Of a stretch of DNA of 64,000 bases, positions 42,480 through 53,244 are shown in pieces. The translations under genes and the position numbers were made by a program. The first letter of the stretch is position 1. Every line of letters starts with the position of its first letter. The notes under the pieces are model-generated. The model saw only the letters and a list, made by a program, of their open reading frames with translations, was not told the origin of the DNA and searched no databases. The DNA comes from Chlamydiales bacterium (lineage in GTDB: Bacteria; Chlamydiota; Chlamydiia; Chlamydiales; JAAZZY01), in NCBI GenBank assembly GCA_965206695.1, contig CBDBKM010000013.1, forward strand, positions 64,001 to 128,000. Direction: 5' to 3'.

Positions 42480-43337
42480 TCAAAAGATTTCATTTAAAGC
42501 ATCTTGAAAATATACGGATAAAGGAGCGACAGTCTCCATTTCTTTCCCGGTGATAGGATGTTGAAAAGCTATTTTATGAGCATGCAAATAGAAATTGGAA
42601 CAAGGGTATTGACATTGAAAAGTACTGGTATAACGATAGTCTCCTATTAAGGGATGTCCCATACTCTTCATATGAACCCTAATCTGGTGTGTTCTTCCTG
42701 TTTCAGGTGAACAACTAAGAAGAGAGCAGTCCCTTCCCTTACGCAGGCGTTCCCAAGTTGTTCTTGCAGACAACCCTTGATCCACCGTATCCCAAACAGC
42801 TTCTCCTTTGCTATCTAAACCCCTAACCATATCATCACTGATAGTCCCATTAAGTCGTTTGACTTCTTTATCGACTATTGTGATATAAATCTTTTTTACT
42901 TTTCTTCTTTTAAAAAGATCTGCCATAGCATCCAATGTTTTCTCATCTTTGGCCAATATCAAGATGCCGCTGGTATGTCGATCTAGCCTATGACATAACA
43001 ACCACCTTTCTTTAAAAAACTTATTTATAAATTTCGGCTCACATAAAAACCCTGTCGGCTTATTATATAAGATAAGGTAACTATCTTCATAAAGAATATC
43101 TTTTTTATCAAAGACCAAGGATTTAGCTACTATACCTTGTTCATCTAAACAAACCTTATCCCCTTTTCCTAAAAGACTTTTTTTCATTCGCTCAGGATGA
43201 CCGTTTACTTGACAAAGGTTCTGATCCAGCGCCCAATCAATCTGCTTAACAGTCAAATGAGGATTTTTTTTCTTAAGAAAGGCTTTTAAGGACAATCCCG
43301 TATCTTCTAAATCAATAATCCAAACTTTAGTACTCAA
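42480..43337 (-). CDS. RluA/RluD-family pseudouridine synthase
   Basis: HRLDRHTSG, TGRTHQIRVH, LHA. Confidence 0.93.
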   Translation of the reverse strand: MSTKVWIIDLEDTGLSLKAFLKKKNPHLTVKQIDWALDQNLCQVNGHPERMKKSLLGKGDKVCLDEQGIVAKSLVFDKKDILYEDSYLILYNKPTGFLCEPKFINKFFKERWLLCHRLDRHTSGILILAKDEKTLDAMADLFKRRKVKKIYITIVDKEVKRLNGTISDDMVRGLDSKGEAVWDTVDQGLSARTTWERLRKGRDCSLLSCSPETGRTHQIRVHMKSMGHPLIGDYRYTSTFQCQYPCSNFYLHAHKIAFQHPITGKEMETVAPLSVYFQDALNEIF

Positions 43338-44967
43338 ATTTTTTAACCCTTCCTAAAAGAATATCTATGGCTGCAAGCTCAGCTTCAGGCTTATCTTCCG
43401 GCATGAAAATGCACGTTTTCACCCTTTCAATGATCTTATCAGCATAAGGCCTTTCAAAGAAAATAACCACAACTTCTGTCCCTAAAAGAGTAAACTGCTT
43501 TATAAAATCGACTATTTTATTAAAGAGTTCATCATTATGAGATCTGATAGCAAGTACGACAGGAAAAGATCCAAGTTCTTTAATAAAAGATTTGATAATT
43601 CCCTTATCTTTTAAAAAAGTTGTTGATAATTCCAAAACCTTTACTTGAGTTGTAAAACTTCTTGAAATTTCATCATAGGCCAGATGTGAATGTCTACCTA
43701 TATGGATATATGCCGGGCATGGAATGAAAGATATCTTCAAGGGTAAGCTATATTTTTCTTCCTTTATAACAAAAGCTGTTTCTTCATAAATACGTCGTTT
43801 CAGTAACCTTGCTTTTTTTGTATTTAAGCTATCATATGTAACTGAGCAAGGAATTGAAATTTTATGAGATAAACCGAACAATTGTTTTATATATAATATT
43901 TTCATCACCTTCTTATTCAAACGGTCTATACTGAATCGATTATGAAGCACTTCATGTGTTATAAACTCAATGAGCTCAGTAATATCTCCTTCAACTAAAA
44001 TGCTATCAAAATCATTTTTGAGACATCGCATCGTCATACGTCCAATTAAATCTAAGGGTTTTTCTTTTAATAATCTTAAATCAGCAACCGTCCATTTATG
44101 GATTTTAAAAGCAGGTAGTAATCTACAGCTTAATTTACCCCAAGGCATGGTGACACCATGATTATTCAATCCAAGTGTCTTCATAGGATTTCTAATGACA
44201 TTATCCATTTCATAACAATTCGGAGTATCGGAATTTAATGAATATAAAATGCCTAATCCGGAACTCGCACATCCTCTTAAATATTGTGTCAATACACGTT
44301 TTTCATGATGATCTTGTATAGATAAAAATACGGTTGTTAAACCTGACTTTAAACATCTTTTTCCCATCTCTAAGCCGGCTTGATATAAAAGAACAGGATC
44401 TTTAACTCTACAAAGGGTTTCTTTCCCGGGCATTGAAATAAAATGATCTAAACCCATCTGCCAGTTATTCAACGTCTCATGCCCTGATATTAAGGGAATT
44501 TGACTAAGTTTTTGATATTGATTAATCCGATATAGCTGATGTAGAACATCTCCGGCATGAAAAACTAATCCTCCTATTCCGTGATGTTGCATAAACATGC
44601 GCACTAATGAATCTTCCGGATCATCCCAAGAGGCTGTGATAGATAATAAAAAAAGTTGAGCTATTTTCTTTTTTAAAGAGACAAGTGAACGGAAATGTTT
44701 TTTTGCCCATTCCTCTCTTTTTCGCATAGATATGGGCCATTTAACTTGAACATATCCGTGATCAATGTTTTTGTCATTGGTCCTCTGATACTGTTTTTTT
44801 AAATCAAAAAAAGTCGCACAATCATCTCTTTTATATCGATACCATTTCCTGCCGCCAAAATAAGTATTAATTAGTCCCTGCTTTATTTTATGATCGTTAT
44901 AAGCGCTTTCTTTCTTAGATCCTTCTGAGAAGGGATTAACCCCTTCAGGTGGTTTGATAGCCATCAA
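43327..44967 (-). CDS. Degenerate GH3 (NagZ/beta-hexosaminidase-like) protein
   Basis: SLKKKIAQLF, GIGGLVF, QKLSQIPL, LYQAG..MGKRC match GH3 N-termini; KHFPGHG absent. Confidence 0.7.
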   Translation of the reverse strand: MMAIKPPEGVNPFSEGSKKESAYNDHKIKQGLINTYFGGRKWYRYKRDDCATFFDLKKQYQRTNDKNIDHGYVQVKWPISMRKREEWAKKHFRSLVSLKKKIAQLFLLSITASWDDPEDSLVRMFMQHHGIGGLVFHAGDVLHQLYRINQYQKLSQIPLISGHETLNNWQMGLDHFISMPGKETLCRVKDPVLLYQAGLEMGKRCLKSGLTTVFLSIQDHHEKRVLTQYLRGCASSGLGILYSLNSDTPNCYEMDNVIRNPMKTLGLNNHGVTMPWGKLSCRLLPAFKIHKWTVADLRLLKEKPLDLIGRMTMRCLKNDFDSILVEGDITELIEFITHEVLHNRFSIDRLNKKVMKILYIKQLFGLSHKISIPCSVTYDSLNTKKARLLKRRIYEETAFVIKEEKYSLPLKISFIPCPAYIHIGRHSHLAYDEISRSFTTQVKVLELSTTFLKDKGIIKSFIKELGSFPVVLAIRSHNDELFNKIVDFIKQFTLLGTEVVVIFFERPYADKIIERVKTCIFMPEDKPEAELAAIDILLGRVKKFEY

Positions 44968-45325
44968 ATCATCAACTTTAAAAAAAATTATATTAACTTT
45001 ATATATTCTTTATAAAAGTATCAATTTGTTTTATTGAAAATTAATTCCTAAGAAATTTTAAAAGTCATAAATTACTTTAATTATAGTTTAAGCGTCTGAA
45101 TATCACTTCTTTAATGAAAAGCTAGTTCGATATTAGCAAATTAAATTACACTAAATATTCGTTAAAATAAAGAATTAGTGTTACACCTAATGATTAACCG
45201 TTCGCTTAGTTAATAAATTTAAAAATACACTTAATTAATCATTAAGTGACTAAATATAAGGGAAATATGGGTTTATTTCTAAGTGCTTTCGGGCTTGATC
45301 TGACATACTCCCATGACTAAGGTCC

Positions 45326-45759
45326 TTGTCATTACCCATATTTTTTGAAATATTTAATGACGAAGGGGTTGTTTTATTTATTCAAGATACAACTCCGGTA
45401 GATTACGGTAGCCATAACCATACAACGGGGTTAGGTCCAATCGGTAATAATCAAGGTAGAGGTTTTTTATTGCATACAGCTTTAGCTGTCATACCTCGAC
45501 AACATAATCCTGAAATTCTAGGGATTGCTATGCAAGAGGCATGGAAAAGAGAAGATTAAGTACACAAGGGCAACGAGACAAAGCATCAAAGAAGACAACG
45601 AAAAGACGGAAGGAGATATTTGGGAAAAAACTGTGATGAGAATAGATACAAGGCCAAGTTGTCCTCAGACTCCTCTTTGGGTCAGTGTGGAAGATAAAGG
45701 GAATGATATTTTTGATTTTTTTCTTTCTTCGAAAGAATACAACCGGTTTTATCTTATTA
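45326..45759 (+). pseudogene. IS4-family (IS50/Tn5-like) transposase remnant
   Basis: IQDTT, GLGPIG, GFLLHTALAV. Confidence 0.8.
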
Positions 45760-45878
45760 AAGACCTCTGCATAACTTATTGATTTAGTCCTCGATTTGTC
45801 AAAAATATATTTATAATGTCTTTAACTTACATCTGAAGGTTCAATTGTGATTAAAAATCTAAGTTATGCAAAGGTCTT
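45760..45878. mobile_element. MITE family B (~118 bp, same IR as family A); second copy 58071-58188
   Basis: AAGACCTCTGCATAA...TTATGCA(A/G)AGGTCTT. Confidence 0.8.
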
Positions 45879-46025
45879 TTGGTAATAGATTTCGATCTTG
45901 CCCGCTTAAGTTGTTAATAAATTAACGCCCGGTTATTTATTAAATATTTTTTTAATACAAACTTAACAAATAGGGCGTATAATGTATATTATATTAAAAT
46001 ATAATTGTAAATATAAGGATATATT

Positions 46026-46481
46026 ATGATTTCTTCTAATACCGTTTCTAATAGTAGGCAACAACAATCTCCGTCGCTTCTTCCTAATCATGAGGAATCA
46101 AGCCCAACAACTGTTGACCCGGATTCCGTTGTTTCAGTAGCTATTAACGCTTTACCGGAGGAGCGGACGGACGGCACAGGAGCCCCTCCAACACCTAATC
46201 AATTCGGTGAAGCAATGGAAGTTAGCACTTCATCAGGGGTGCAGGTGGCCGGCACAGGAGCCGCGGCACCTAATACTCGATTCTCTGAGCTAATGGCACT
46301 CATGAATTCGAGCATAAGCAACACCTATGATAGAGACGTAAGGGATAGGATAGCTGAGGAAACTCTCGCAAGGAATGCTCGAAACGAAGAAATTTGGGAC
46401 CGTGTTCAGGAAGACCTTATAAGACCTACAAGACCGCTTCGAAATGCATCTTGTGGCAAAAAAGAAGCGCGTCAACCTTAA
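46026..46481 (+). CDS. Ser/Pro/Thr-rich hypothetical protein, 3' end runs into IS701 remnant
   Basis: AAGGA RBS, upstream TATAAT, low-complexity N-terminus. Confidence 0.6.
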   Translation: MISSNTVSNSRQQQSPSLLPNHEESSPTTVDPDSVVSVAINALPEERTDGTGAPPTPNQFGEAMEVSTSSGVQVAGTGAAAPNTRFSELMALMNSSISNTYDRDVRDRIAEETLARNARNEEIWDRVQEDLIRPTRPLRNASCGKKEARQP

Positions 46482-46551
46482 CCTGCAACCAAAATATTTT
46501 TCATATTTAAGGTAATAGCGGGCTTTATCTTAATTGCCTACTCACGCACTA

Positions 46552-47478
46552 TAGTCATTTAATTTTACATTGATAAAATTGCTTAATCAATAGCGAATGT
46601 AACATTCGTAACTTTTCGCACTATCTCTCTAACCTTATTTTTCATATTAGCCCAATATTTTTCTATAGGAGTTAAGTCCGGAGAATAAGGCGGAAGAAAC
46701 ATAAGCTTACAATCGGCAGATTCTACTATTTTTCTGCTTTTCCGCTGACTTGTGAAAGCCGGCATTGTCAAGAATAAGAATACTACCGGGTATAAGCTGA
46801 GGAGTCAAATCCCCTTAAGCCAAATATTGAATAACCCGGTATCACAAGTACCTTCAAAACACATGGGAGATAAAAACTGCCCTGTAGACAGGGCTGAAAT
46901 AATATTCTACCTTACAAAACGGTTTCCTGAAACCGCTTCAAAAACTTTTTTACCGCGTAAGCTTCTTCCGGGCTCACGAAATAAAAATTGATGAATCCCG
47001 GTTTCATCGAGATAAATCCTCTTGTCAAAGGGAATATTTTCTAAATTTTTCATAAAAGCTTCCCGTTTCTTTTCATCTCTTTCCTTATAGCGAGTAGTCT
47101 TTTTTGTCGTATAATCTTTTAAGGGCATAAAAAATCGTTTGTGGAGTGACTGAAAAATAATGAGCAATTTCCGATAAAAAATAATCCGGATGTTGTTCTA
47201 CATATTTAGATAACAACTCATCATCTAATTTCTTATAAGCATACTTTCTACGGATTGGTTTTAAATGTCCTTTTTGTTTTTTTGCAATCCCCATCTAGAT
47301 ACTGTTGCGATACCTACTTGAAAAATATGGCCGGCCGCTTTCTTGTCATGATGCTTTTCTATATATTGTCATACTTTCTCTCGAAGATCTACTGAATAGA
47401 CTCTAGACATTGTTTTATCCTTACTATCCGTATAAAAAGAGAAGGATAACATATTATCAAATAAAAATTAAAGTACTA
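46552..47478 (-). mobile_element. IS630 copy 4, older diverged pseudogene
   Basis: IRs and TA duplication; many substitutions and indels relative to other copies. Confidence 0.9.
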
Positions 47479-47480
47479 TA

Positions 47481-47971
47481 TATCCTTGCTGATCATTGGT
47501 TTGGATCGAAAAAACAGGGAGCTTATTCAATATGAAACAGATAAGAAATGTATTTTAGGTATGAAGTCAAATAGACTAGTCGCTTTTTCAAAAAGAGATA
47601 GCTTGGCTTAAACATGTATCTTTTCCTGTTGCTTTAATAGAAAAAGTCGTCATAAACGAAGATGGTGCATCAGGACCCCCGGACCTTGTAAGCAATAACT
47701 GAGATCATAAAAAAAGGTGGAAAATAGAAGAGTACCATAAATCTATTAAGCAAAATACAAGTCTTGCAAAATCACCTACCAAGATTGAGAGATCTCAAAA
47801 AAAATCATATTTTTACAGCTTTTGTTGCTTATTGCAAGCCGGAATTATTAAAAATTAAGACCTGCTTAAATCATTTTGCTCTTAAATATAAATGGTTACT
47901 CAAGGCAAATCAGGTAACCTTTTATGAACTGAAAAAATGACATGCTACTTGATTTTGCTTAAGATGAGTTA
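47481..47971 (+). pseudogene. IS701-family (second type) transposase 3' remnant; paralog 52572-52871
   Basis: ILADHWFGSK, RWKIEEYHKSIKQN.SLAKSPTK, LNHFALKY. Confidence 0.75.
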
Positions 47972-48266
47972 TTTAACTCAAAAGTTAAAGAGTTTAAGTG
48001 ATATTTCCCTGCCAATAATATAAGCCTTATTTATATAATTTAACCAATATCAATTATATATTTTTTTGAATTATATAAGCACCGTATTATCAGTCGCTTA
48101 GACAAGATGAAAGATATTAAATAATTAAACTAAAAAAATAACCCTTGTCACCAATAACAAAATAATACATTACATGGGATTAAAGTTAAATAGTCGCTTA
48201 TTTAAGATATTTATAAAGATTTCTTTTATATTAAGCAATCTTTATATGGCACAGTTTAAAAAACTA

Positions 48267-48295
48267 TTGACGCATCTCGTAAAGTAAATTATAAT
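48267..48295 (+). promoter_or_regulatory. Sigma70-type promoter
   Basis: TTGACG-17bp-TATAAT upstream of 48345. Confidence 0.7.
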
Positions 48296-48344
48296 TTTTA
48301 TTGGCAGATAGTATAAATTAATAAAAATATAGGAGAATCTAAAA

Positions 48345-48626
48345 ATGAGCAAGGATAGCAACTTAAAACAAATCGAGCTTTTAGAGCTTTTTGAGCAATT
48401 TCTTTTTTCTGAAGATAAAGAACCCTTCTTTCAAATAGCTTCCTCAATTTTAGAAAATTTAGATGCTAATAGTCAAATTGAAGCAGCTAAATTGCTTCTA
48501 ACAGAAGAACATGCTACCTACATCCGGCCTCTTTTAAAAATGCTTGAAGAAAATAGCGTTGTTTTTATCTTTAAAGACTTTTTGTCTGAACAAGCTCTTG
48601 TTCCCATTAAGAAACTGTATAGGTAG
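48345..48626 (+). CDS. Hypothetical protein (93 aa)
   Basis: AGGAG RBS and consensus promoter. Confidence 0.7.
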   Translation: MSKDSNLKQIELLELFEQFLFSEDKEPFFQIASSILENLDANSQIEAAKLLLTEEHATYIRPLLKMLEENSVVFIFKDFLSEQALVPIKKLYR

Positions 48627-49377
48627 TCCTATACAGGGAAAGAATAATCGCTGCTGCTTGCGATACATTTAACGACGAGATTTTTCCATTTATTGGAATT
48701 TGTAAGTGAAAATCTGCATGTCGACAAATACTGGTTTGTAAACCTTGATTTTCTGAGCCCATGATTAATACCGTTCGCTCCGGGAATGAAAATTTAAATG
48801 CGTTCTCAGCCCCTTTTCTAGCATAAACCGCGACTATCCAGAATCCTTCTTTTTTCAATTTAAGCACTGCATCTACTAAATTAGAGACTCGTACTAAAGA
48901 CAACAATTCAGAAGCTCCAACACTCGCTTTAGTAACAACAGGCGTAATATCTGTGCCTCTATTTTTCGACCAAATAATCCCATCAACACCAAAACACTCG
49001 CTCGAACGCAAGATAGATCCGAAATTTTGAGGGTCCTGCATGGAATCAAGGATCATCAGTAAACTTGCCGATTGATTTTTTTGTTTTTCAATCAGTTCAC
49101 TGAGAGAAAGACTATTGCGGCCTTTAACTAAACCGGCAAACCCCTGATGTGACTCCGAATTCAATAAAGAGGACAACTCTGATTTTTTTAAGTATCGAAT
49201 TGAAATATTCTTTTTCTCTAATAACCGAATTAATTCATCACGTCTTTTTTCAGGAGTATCGGATGCCTGAACAAAAACCTTTAAAAGTGAACTCGCTTTA
49301 TGTTTTAAAACCTCTTCTAAACAATTACGTCCCATAACTAATAAAGAAGAAGAAAGACGATTTTTTATTTTTTTCAT
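48607..49377 (-). CDS. rlmB: 23S rRNA Gm2251 2'-O-methyltransferase (SpoU family)
   Basis: HQG, DPQNFGSILRS, GSENQGL, SLNVS. Confidence 0.9.
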   Translation of the reverse strand: MKKIKNRLSSSLLVMGRNCLEEVLKHKASSLLKVFVQASDTPEKRRDELIRLLEKKNISIRYLKKSELSSLLNSESHQGFAGLVKGRNSLSLSELIEKQKNQSASLLMILDSMQDPQNFGSILRSSECFGVDGIIWSKNRGTDITPVVTKASVGASELLSLVRVSNLVDAVLKLKKEGFWIVAVYARKGAENAFKFSFPERTVLIMGSENQGLQTSICRHADFHLQIPINGKISSLNVSQAAAIILSLYRTTYTVS

Positions 49378-49766
49378 ACTAAATCTTGTTTAAGATTTGA
49401 TCATTTAAACCCAATAAAACCGGTGCTGATTTGAATAACATTGAGTGCATTGTTCTTGAGCATCGTTATAATAAGCATCTAAGTAAGAATCTGATAGGAA
49501 AGTTTCAACTAGCCCTGATACAGTTAAAACCCCACCTGTAATTTTAGATTCTCTATCCTCTTCAGTTAAAAGACTAAAAACATAAAGGCCATACCAATAG
49601 ATGCAACTGTTCCTTGAAGTCCTATATTAAAAGCCGGATAACATTTATCTTCATAACACGATTGAGAGCCCGTACCTTTTGAAAACCTTTACATCTATAC
49701 TACCCTTGTTTTGAAATATTAAATATAGAATGAGATGTTAAAGATTAGATAAATGAAAAGAACCGG

Positions 49767-50498
49767 TCAATCATCTATTTTCAATAATATCTCAGCTTCT
49801 TCATCAGTTAAAATTTTATCTATATAGTTTAACTGAAGATTAGCGATCCGATCATCATATTTATTATTGTAGATATCCATTGCAGTATAATGAATCCCCA
49901 CAAAAGGAATAGATATTTCCTTTAATTTTGCGCTCATATTTTCTATATGATCTATCCTATCATCAATAAAAATCACATGAGGAGGAACTATGTTAACAAT
50001 GGAAAGGAGAGAGTGAAAACTCTCTCCTTTAGTACTCGGTCCACAAAATAAAATACCGTTAACAAAGCGACAATAACTATTAAGTCGAGTAACTTTATCG
50101 GTATTAATAAAAGAAGAGAAGGGCAAATCAAAGCTTAGAGATTGAAACTGCTTATAAGTTAGCATTTCTAAACCCACAGAGCGAGATGTTAATCCCATGA
50201 TATCCATTTTCTTGCCTTGTAAATCAGCTAAAATAGAAGGCGTTTTCTTCTCTACCCATTTAACATCGGTAAGATATTGCACTTTTTGCCACAAATGATG
50301 CGCATGCAAATTAGCTAATTTCTCATGATAGCCTTTTAATAAAAAACTATTGTATAGTTTTTTTTCCCAATATTCAGTTCCAATCATTTGACAAGGACTT
50401 ATCAACGTATTGTCAATATCAAAAATAATTAAGGTGTTTGAATGAATATATTTGAAAAGATCAGAAATATCCTTACTTTCAATGATTACATTTGTCAT
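49767..50498 (-). CDS. DUF2608-type HAD-like protein
   Basis: IIFDIDNTL, GLTSR, GILF, KG, IFIDD. Confidence 0.8.
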   Translation of the reverse strand: MTNVIIESKDISDLFKYIHSNTLIIFDIDNTLISPCQMIGTEYWEKKLYNSFLLKGYHEKLANLHAHHLWQKVQYLTDVKWVEKKTPSILADLQGKKMDIMGLTSRSVGLEMLTYKQFQSLSFDLPFSSFINTDKVTRLNSYCRFVNGILFCGPSTKGESFHSLLSIVNIVPPHVIFIDDRIDHIENMSAKLKEISIPFVGIHYTAMDIYNNKYDDRIANLQLNYIDKILTDEEAEILLKIDD

Positions 50499-50530
50499 GT
50501 GCAGAATAAGAACCCTAAGTAATAAAGGAG

Positions 50531-50938
50531 TTAGATTGTGGGATGTGTTGGACTTAACAAGCAATTTAACATAGTGTCTAAATCTTCAGCAAGTAATTGA
50601 AGATCTGCTTGTTTTATTTTTGGATTTGTTTCTTGGTCTAAGGTCGTTAATACAGCTTTTGCGCCATCCCACACAGTGTCAAAAGAAGGAAATCCATCAG
50701 AACGAGCTTGTCTGTTTAAAGCTGTCTTATTATCCGTGTTCTTTAAGAAATTCTGTAGTTCAAATACATATTTACTGTAGTCTTGCTTAAAATTATCAAC
50801 TATTGTTGCCAATTTAGCGACTAGTTCTTTACTGTTTTTTTCGCTATTCGCAAATGTATCGTTCACCTTATACTCACTTAAAGCGTATTGTGGACACGTA
50901 TGCATTATCCTAGTCATGATCTTTCTCCCAATAGACAT
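50531..50938 (-). CDS. Hypothetical protein
   Basis: 135-aa ORF co-oriented with its neighbours. Confidence 0.6.
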   Translation of the reverse strand: MSIGRKIMTRIMHTCPQYALSEYKVNDTFANSEKNSKELVAKLATIVDNFKQDYSKYVFELQNFLKNTDNKTALNRQARSDGFPSFDTVWDGAKAVLTTLDQETNPKIKQADLQLLAEDLDTMLNCLLSPTHPTI

Positions 50939-50956
50939 CTCATCCGATTTCGGTTA

Positions 50957-51202
50957 TTACCCATTCTTTTCATTTTCTACACTCAAAGAATGGTACGGTT
51001 CATAAGAATTTTTACGCCATGGATTAGGCCTTCTAGAGATCTTAGTCAAATCATTTATGAAAGAATCATCTATTAGCAACTGATCTAAAATATCATTCTT
51101 ACCGATATCAATTTGATCAAGATGAGGGTCTAACGCTACCTTGTAAAATTCTTCTTCTTCAATAAGAGCCTCTTCTAACGAAGATAAGTTTCCGGAGACC
51201 AT
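50957..51202 (-). CDS. Hypothetical acidic protein
   Basis: AAGGAG RBS, 81 aa. Confidence 0.6.
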   Translation of the reverse strand: MVSGNLSSLEEALIEEEEFYKVALDPHLDQIDIGKNDILDQLLIDDSFINDLTKISRRPNPWRKNSYEPYHSLSVENEKNG

Positions 51203-51634
51203 GATCTACACTCCTTGTTTTCAAAAATGGCAAAGTGAAATCGAACGTACACGATAAAAAGATATAGGGTCAAATATTTTTTTTAAAAAAAAGGATATGA
51301 ACAACATATTTAAAGTTAAAATATTGGTTTTTACCGATTAAGGATTTTAAAAAAAATGATTGTGGAAAATATAGCTCTGAGGCCTATGAGAAACCGTTTT
51401 TTAAACAACTATTTATTTTTATAAAAAACAAAAACACCAAAATTCAAAGTAATTAGATCTTAATATAACTACGAATTTAATAACTAAGTTTATAATGACT
51501 TTAGATGTAACAACGCTTTTCTCTAACAAGAATAAAAACAACTTTCTATTTCAGCTCATCTTTTTATAAAATAAAGACTTTCAATAAGCCTTACTTCTTT
51601 AAAAAATGGCTATTTGAGACCCAAAACAGCTCTA

Positions 51635-52569
51635 TAGTACTTTAATTTTTATTTGATAATATGTTATCCTTCTTTTTTTATACAAACAATAAGGACAAAA
51701 CAATGCCTAGAGCCTATTCAGTAGATCTCCGAGAGAAAGTATTACAACATATAGAAAAACATCATGATAAAAAAACAGCCGGCCATATTTTTCAAGTAGG
51801 TATCGCAACAATATATCGATGGATCTTGCAAAAAAAGCAAAAAGGACATTTAAAGCCAATCCGCAGAAAATATGCTTATAAGAAATTAGATGATGAGTTG
51901 TTATCTAAATATGTAGAAAAACATCCGGATTATTTTTTATCGGAAATTGCTGATTATTTTTCAGTCACTCCGCAAACGATTTTTTATGCCCTTAAAAGAT
52001 TAAAAATTACACGAAAAAAAAAACTACTCGCTATAAGGAAAGAGATGAAAAGAAACGGGAAGCTTTTATGAAAGATTTAAAAAATATTCCCTTTGACAAG
52101 AGAATTTATCTCGATGAAACCGGGATTCATCAATTTTTATTTCGTGAGTCCGGAAGAAGCTTACGCGGCAAAAAAGTTTTTGGAGCGGTTTCAGGAAACC
52201 GCTTTATAAGGCAAAATATTATTTCAGCCCTATCTAAAGGGCAGTTTTTGTCTCCAATGTGTTTTGAAGGTACTTGTAATACCGGGTTATTCAATATTTG
52301 GCTTAAGGAAGTTTTGACTCCTCAGCTTACACCCGGTAGTGTTCTTATTCTTGACAATGCCGGTTTTCACAAGTCAGCGGAAAGCAGGAAAATAGTAGAA
52401 TCTGCCGGTTGTAAGCTTATGTTTCTTCCTCCATATTCTCCGGACTTAAATCCTATAGAAAAATATTGGGCTAATATGAAAAATAAAGTTAGAGAGATAT
52501 TACGAAAAGTTACGAATTTTAAATTCGCCATTGATCAAGCAATCTTATCAATGTAAAATTAAATGACTA
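51635..52569 (+). mobile_element. IS630 copy 5, apparently intact (orfA 51703-52071, orfB 52068-52556)
   Basis: IRs, TA duplication, A10 frameshift tract. Confidence 0.95.
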
Positions 52570-53244
52570 TAACGGTAAGTCTTTATTTTAATTTTCAAAT
52601 ATGAAATCATTCGCTTTCTAATAACGTGCGAAGAATGATGAATCTATTAAGCAAAATGTAAGCCTTGCAAAATCGCCTACCAAGGTTGAGAGATCTCAAA
52701 AAAAGCATATTTTTGCATCTCTTGTTGCTTATTGCAAGCTAGAATTGTTAAAAGTTAAGACCCGCTTAAATCATTTTGCTCTTAAATATCAATTGTTAAT
52801 TAAGGCAAATCAGGTAACCGTTTATGAACTGAAAAAATGATATGCTACTTGATCTTGCGTAAGGTGAGTTAATAAAATGATTGCAAAAAAACGATTTTGT
52901 ATAGATAGGCTTTCGGTACTTTAAAAAGAAAATGTTGTATGGGTAGGGCTTCTTATTTTTCTCGATTAAAAGTCGAAAGACAACTTTAGATAAAAGCTTT
53001 GTGCTTTAATTTGAACAAGGCTGTAAGAAGGATTGTGATGAACTAGAGAGAGGGTGCACTATTATCTATCAAATATTTATTTTAAATCTTTCTTTTCTTA
53101 TTGTTAAACGCTTCGTTTAACCTTCTTATTACTCACTTTTCTTGTATTTCGCTTATCTTACATCCAATCATTAGTCGTGCAGATGTTTTTGCATTCAACA
53201 AAACCGGTAGTTGCCACAATAAACCGGACCCCTCTTACGAAAAT

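Noticed and set aside
49380..49760. Possible decayed gene between rlmB and the DUF2608 gene
   Set aside because: Coding-like fragments but no recognisable family; too degraded to call.
52872..53240. Possible ncRNA in a purine-rich intergenic stretch
   Set aside because: No recognisable tRNA, tmRNA, 6S or SRP features; no tRNA or rRNA found anywhere in the window.
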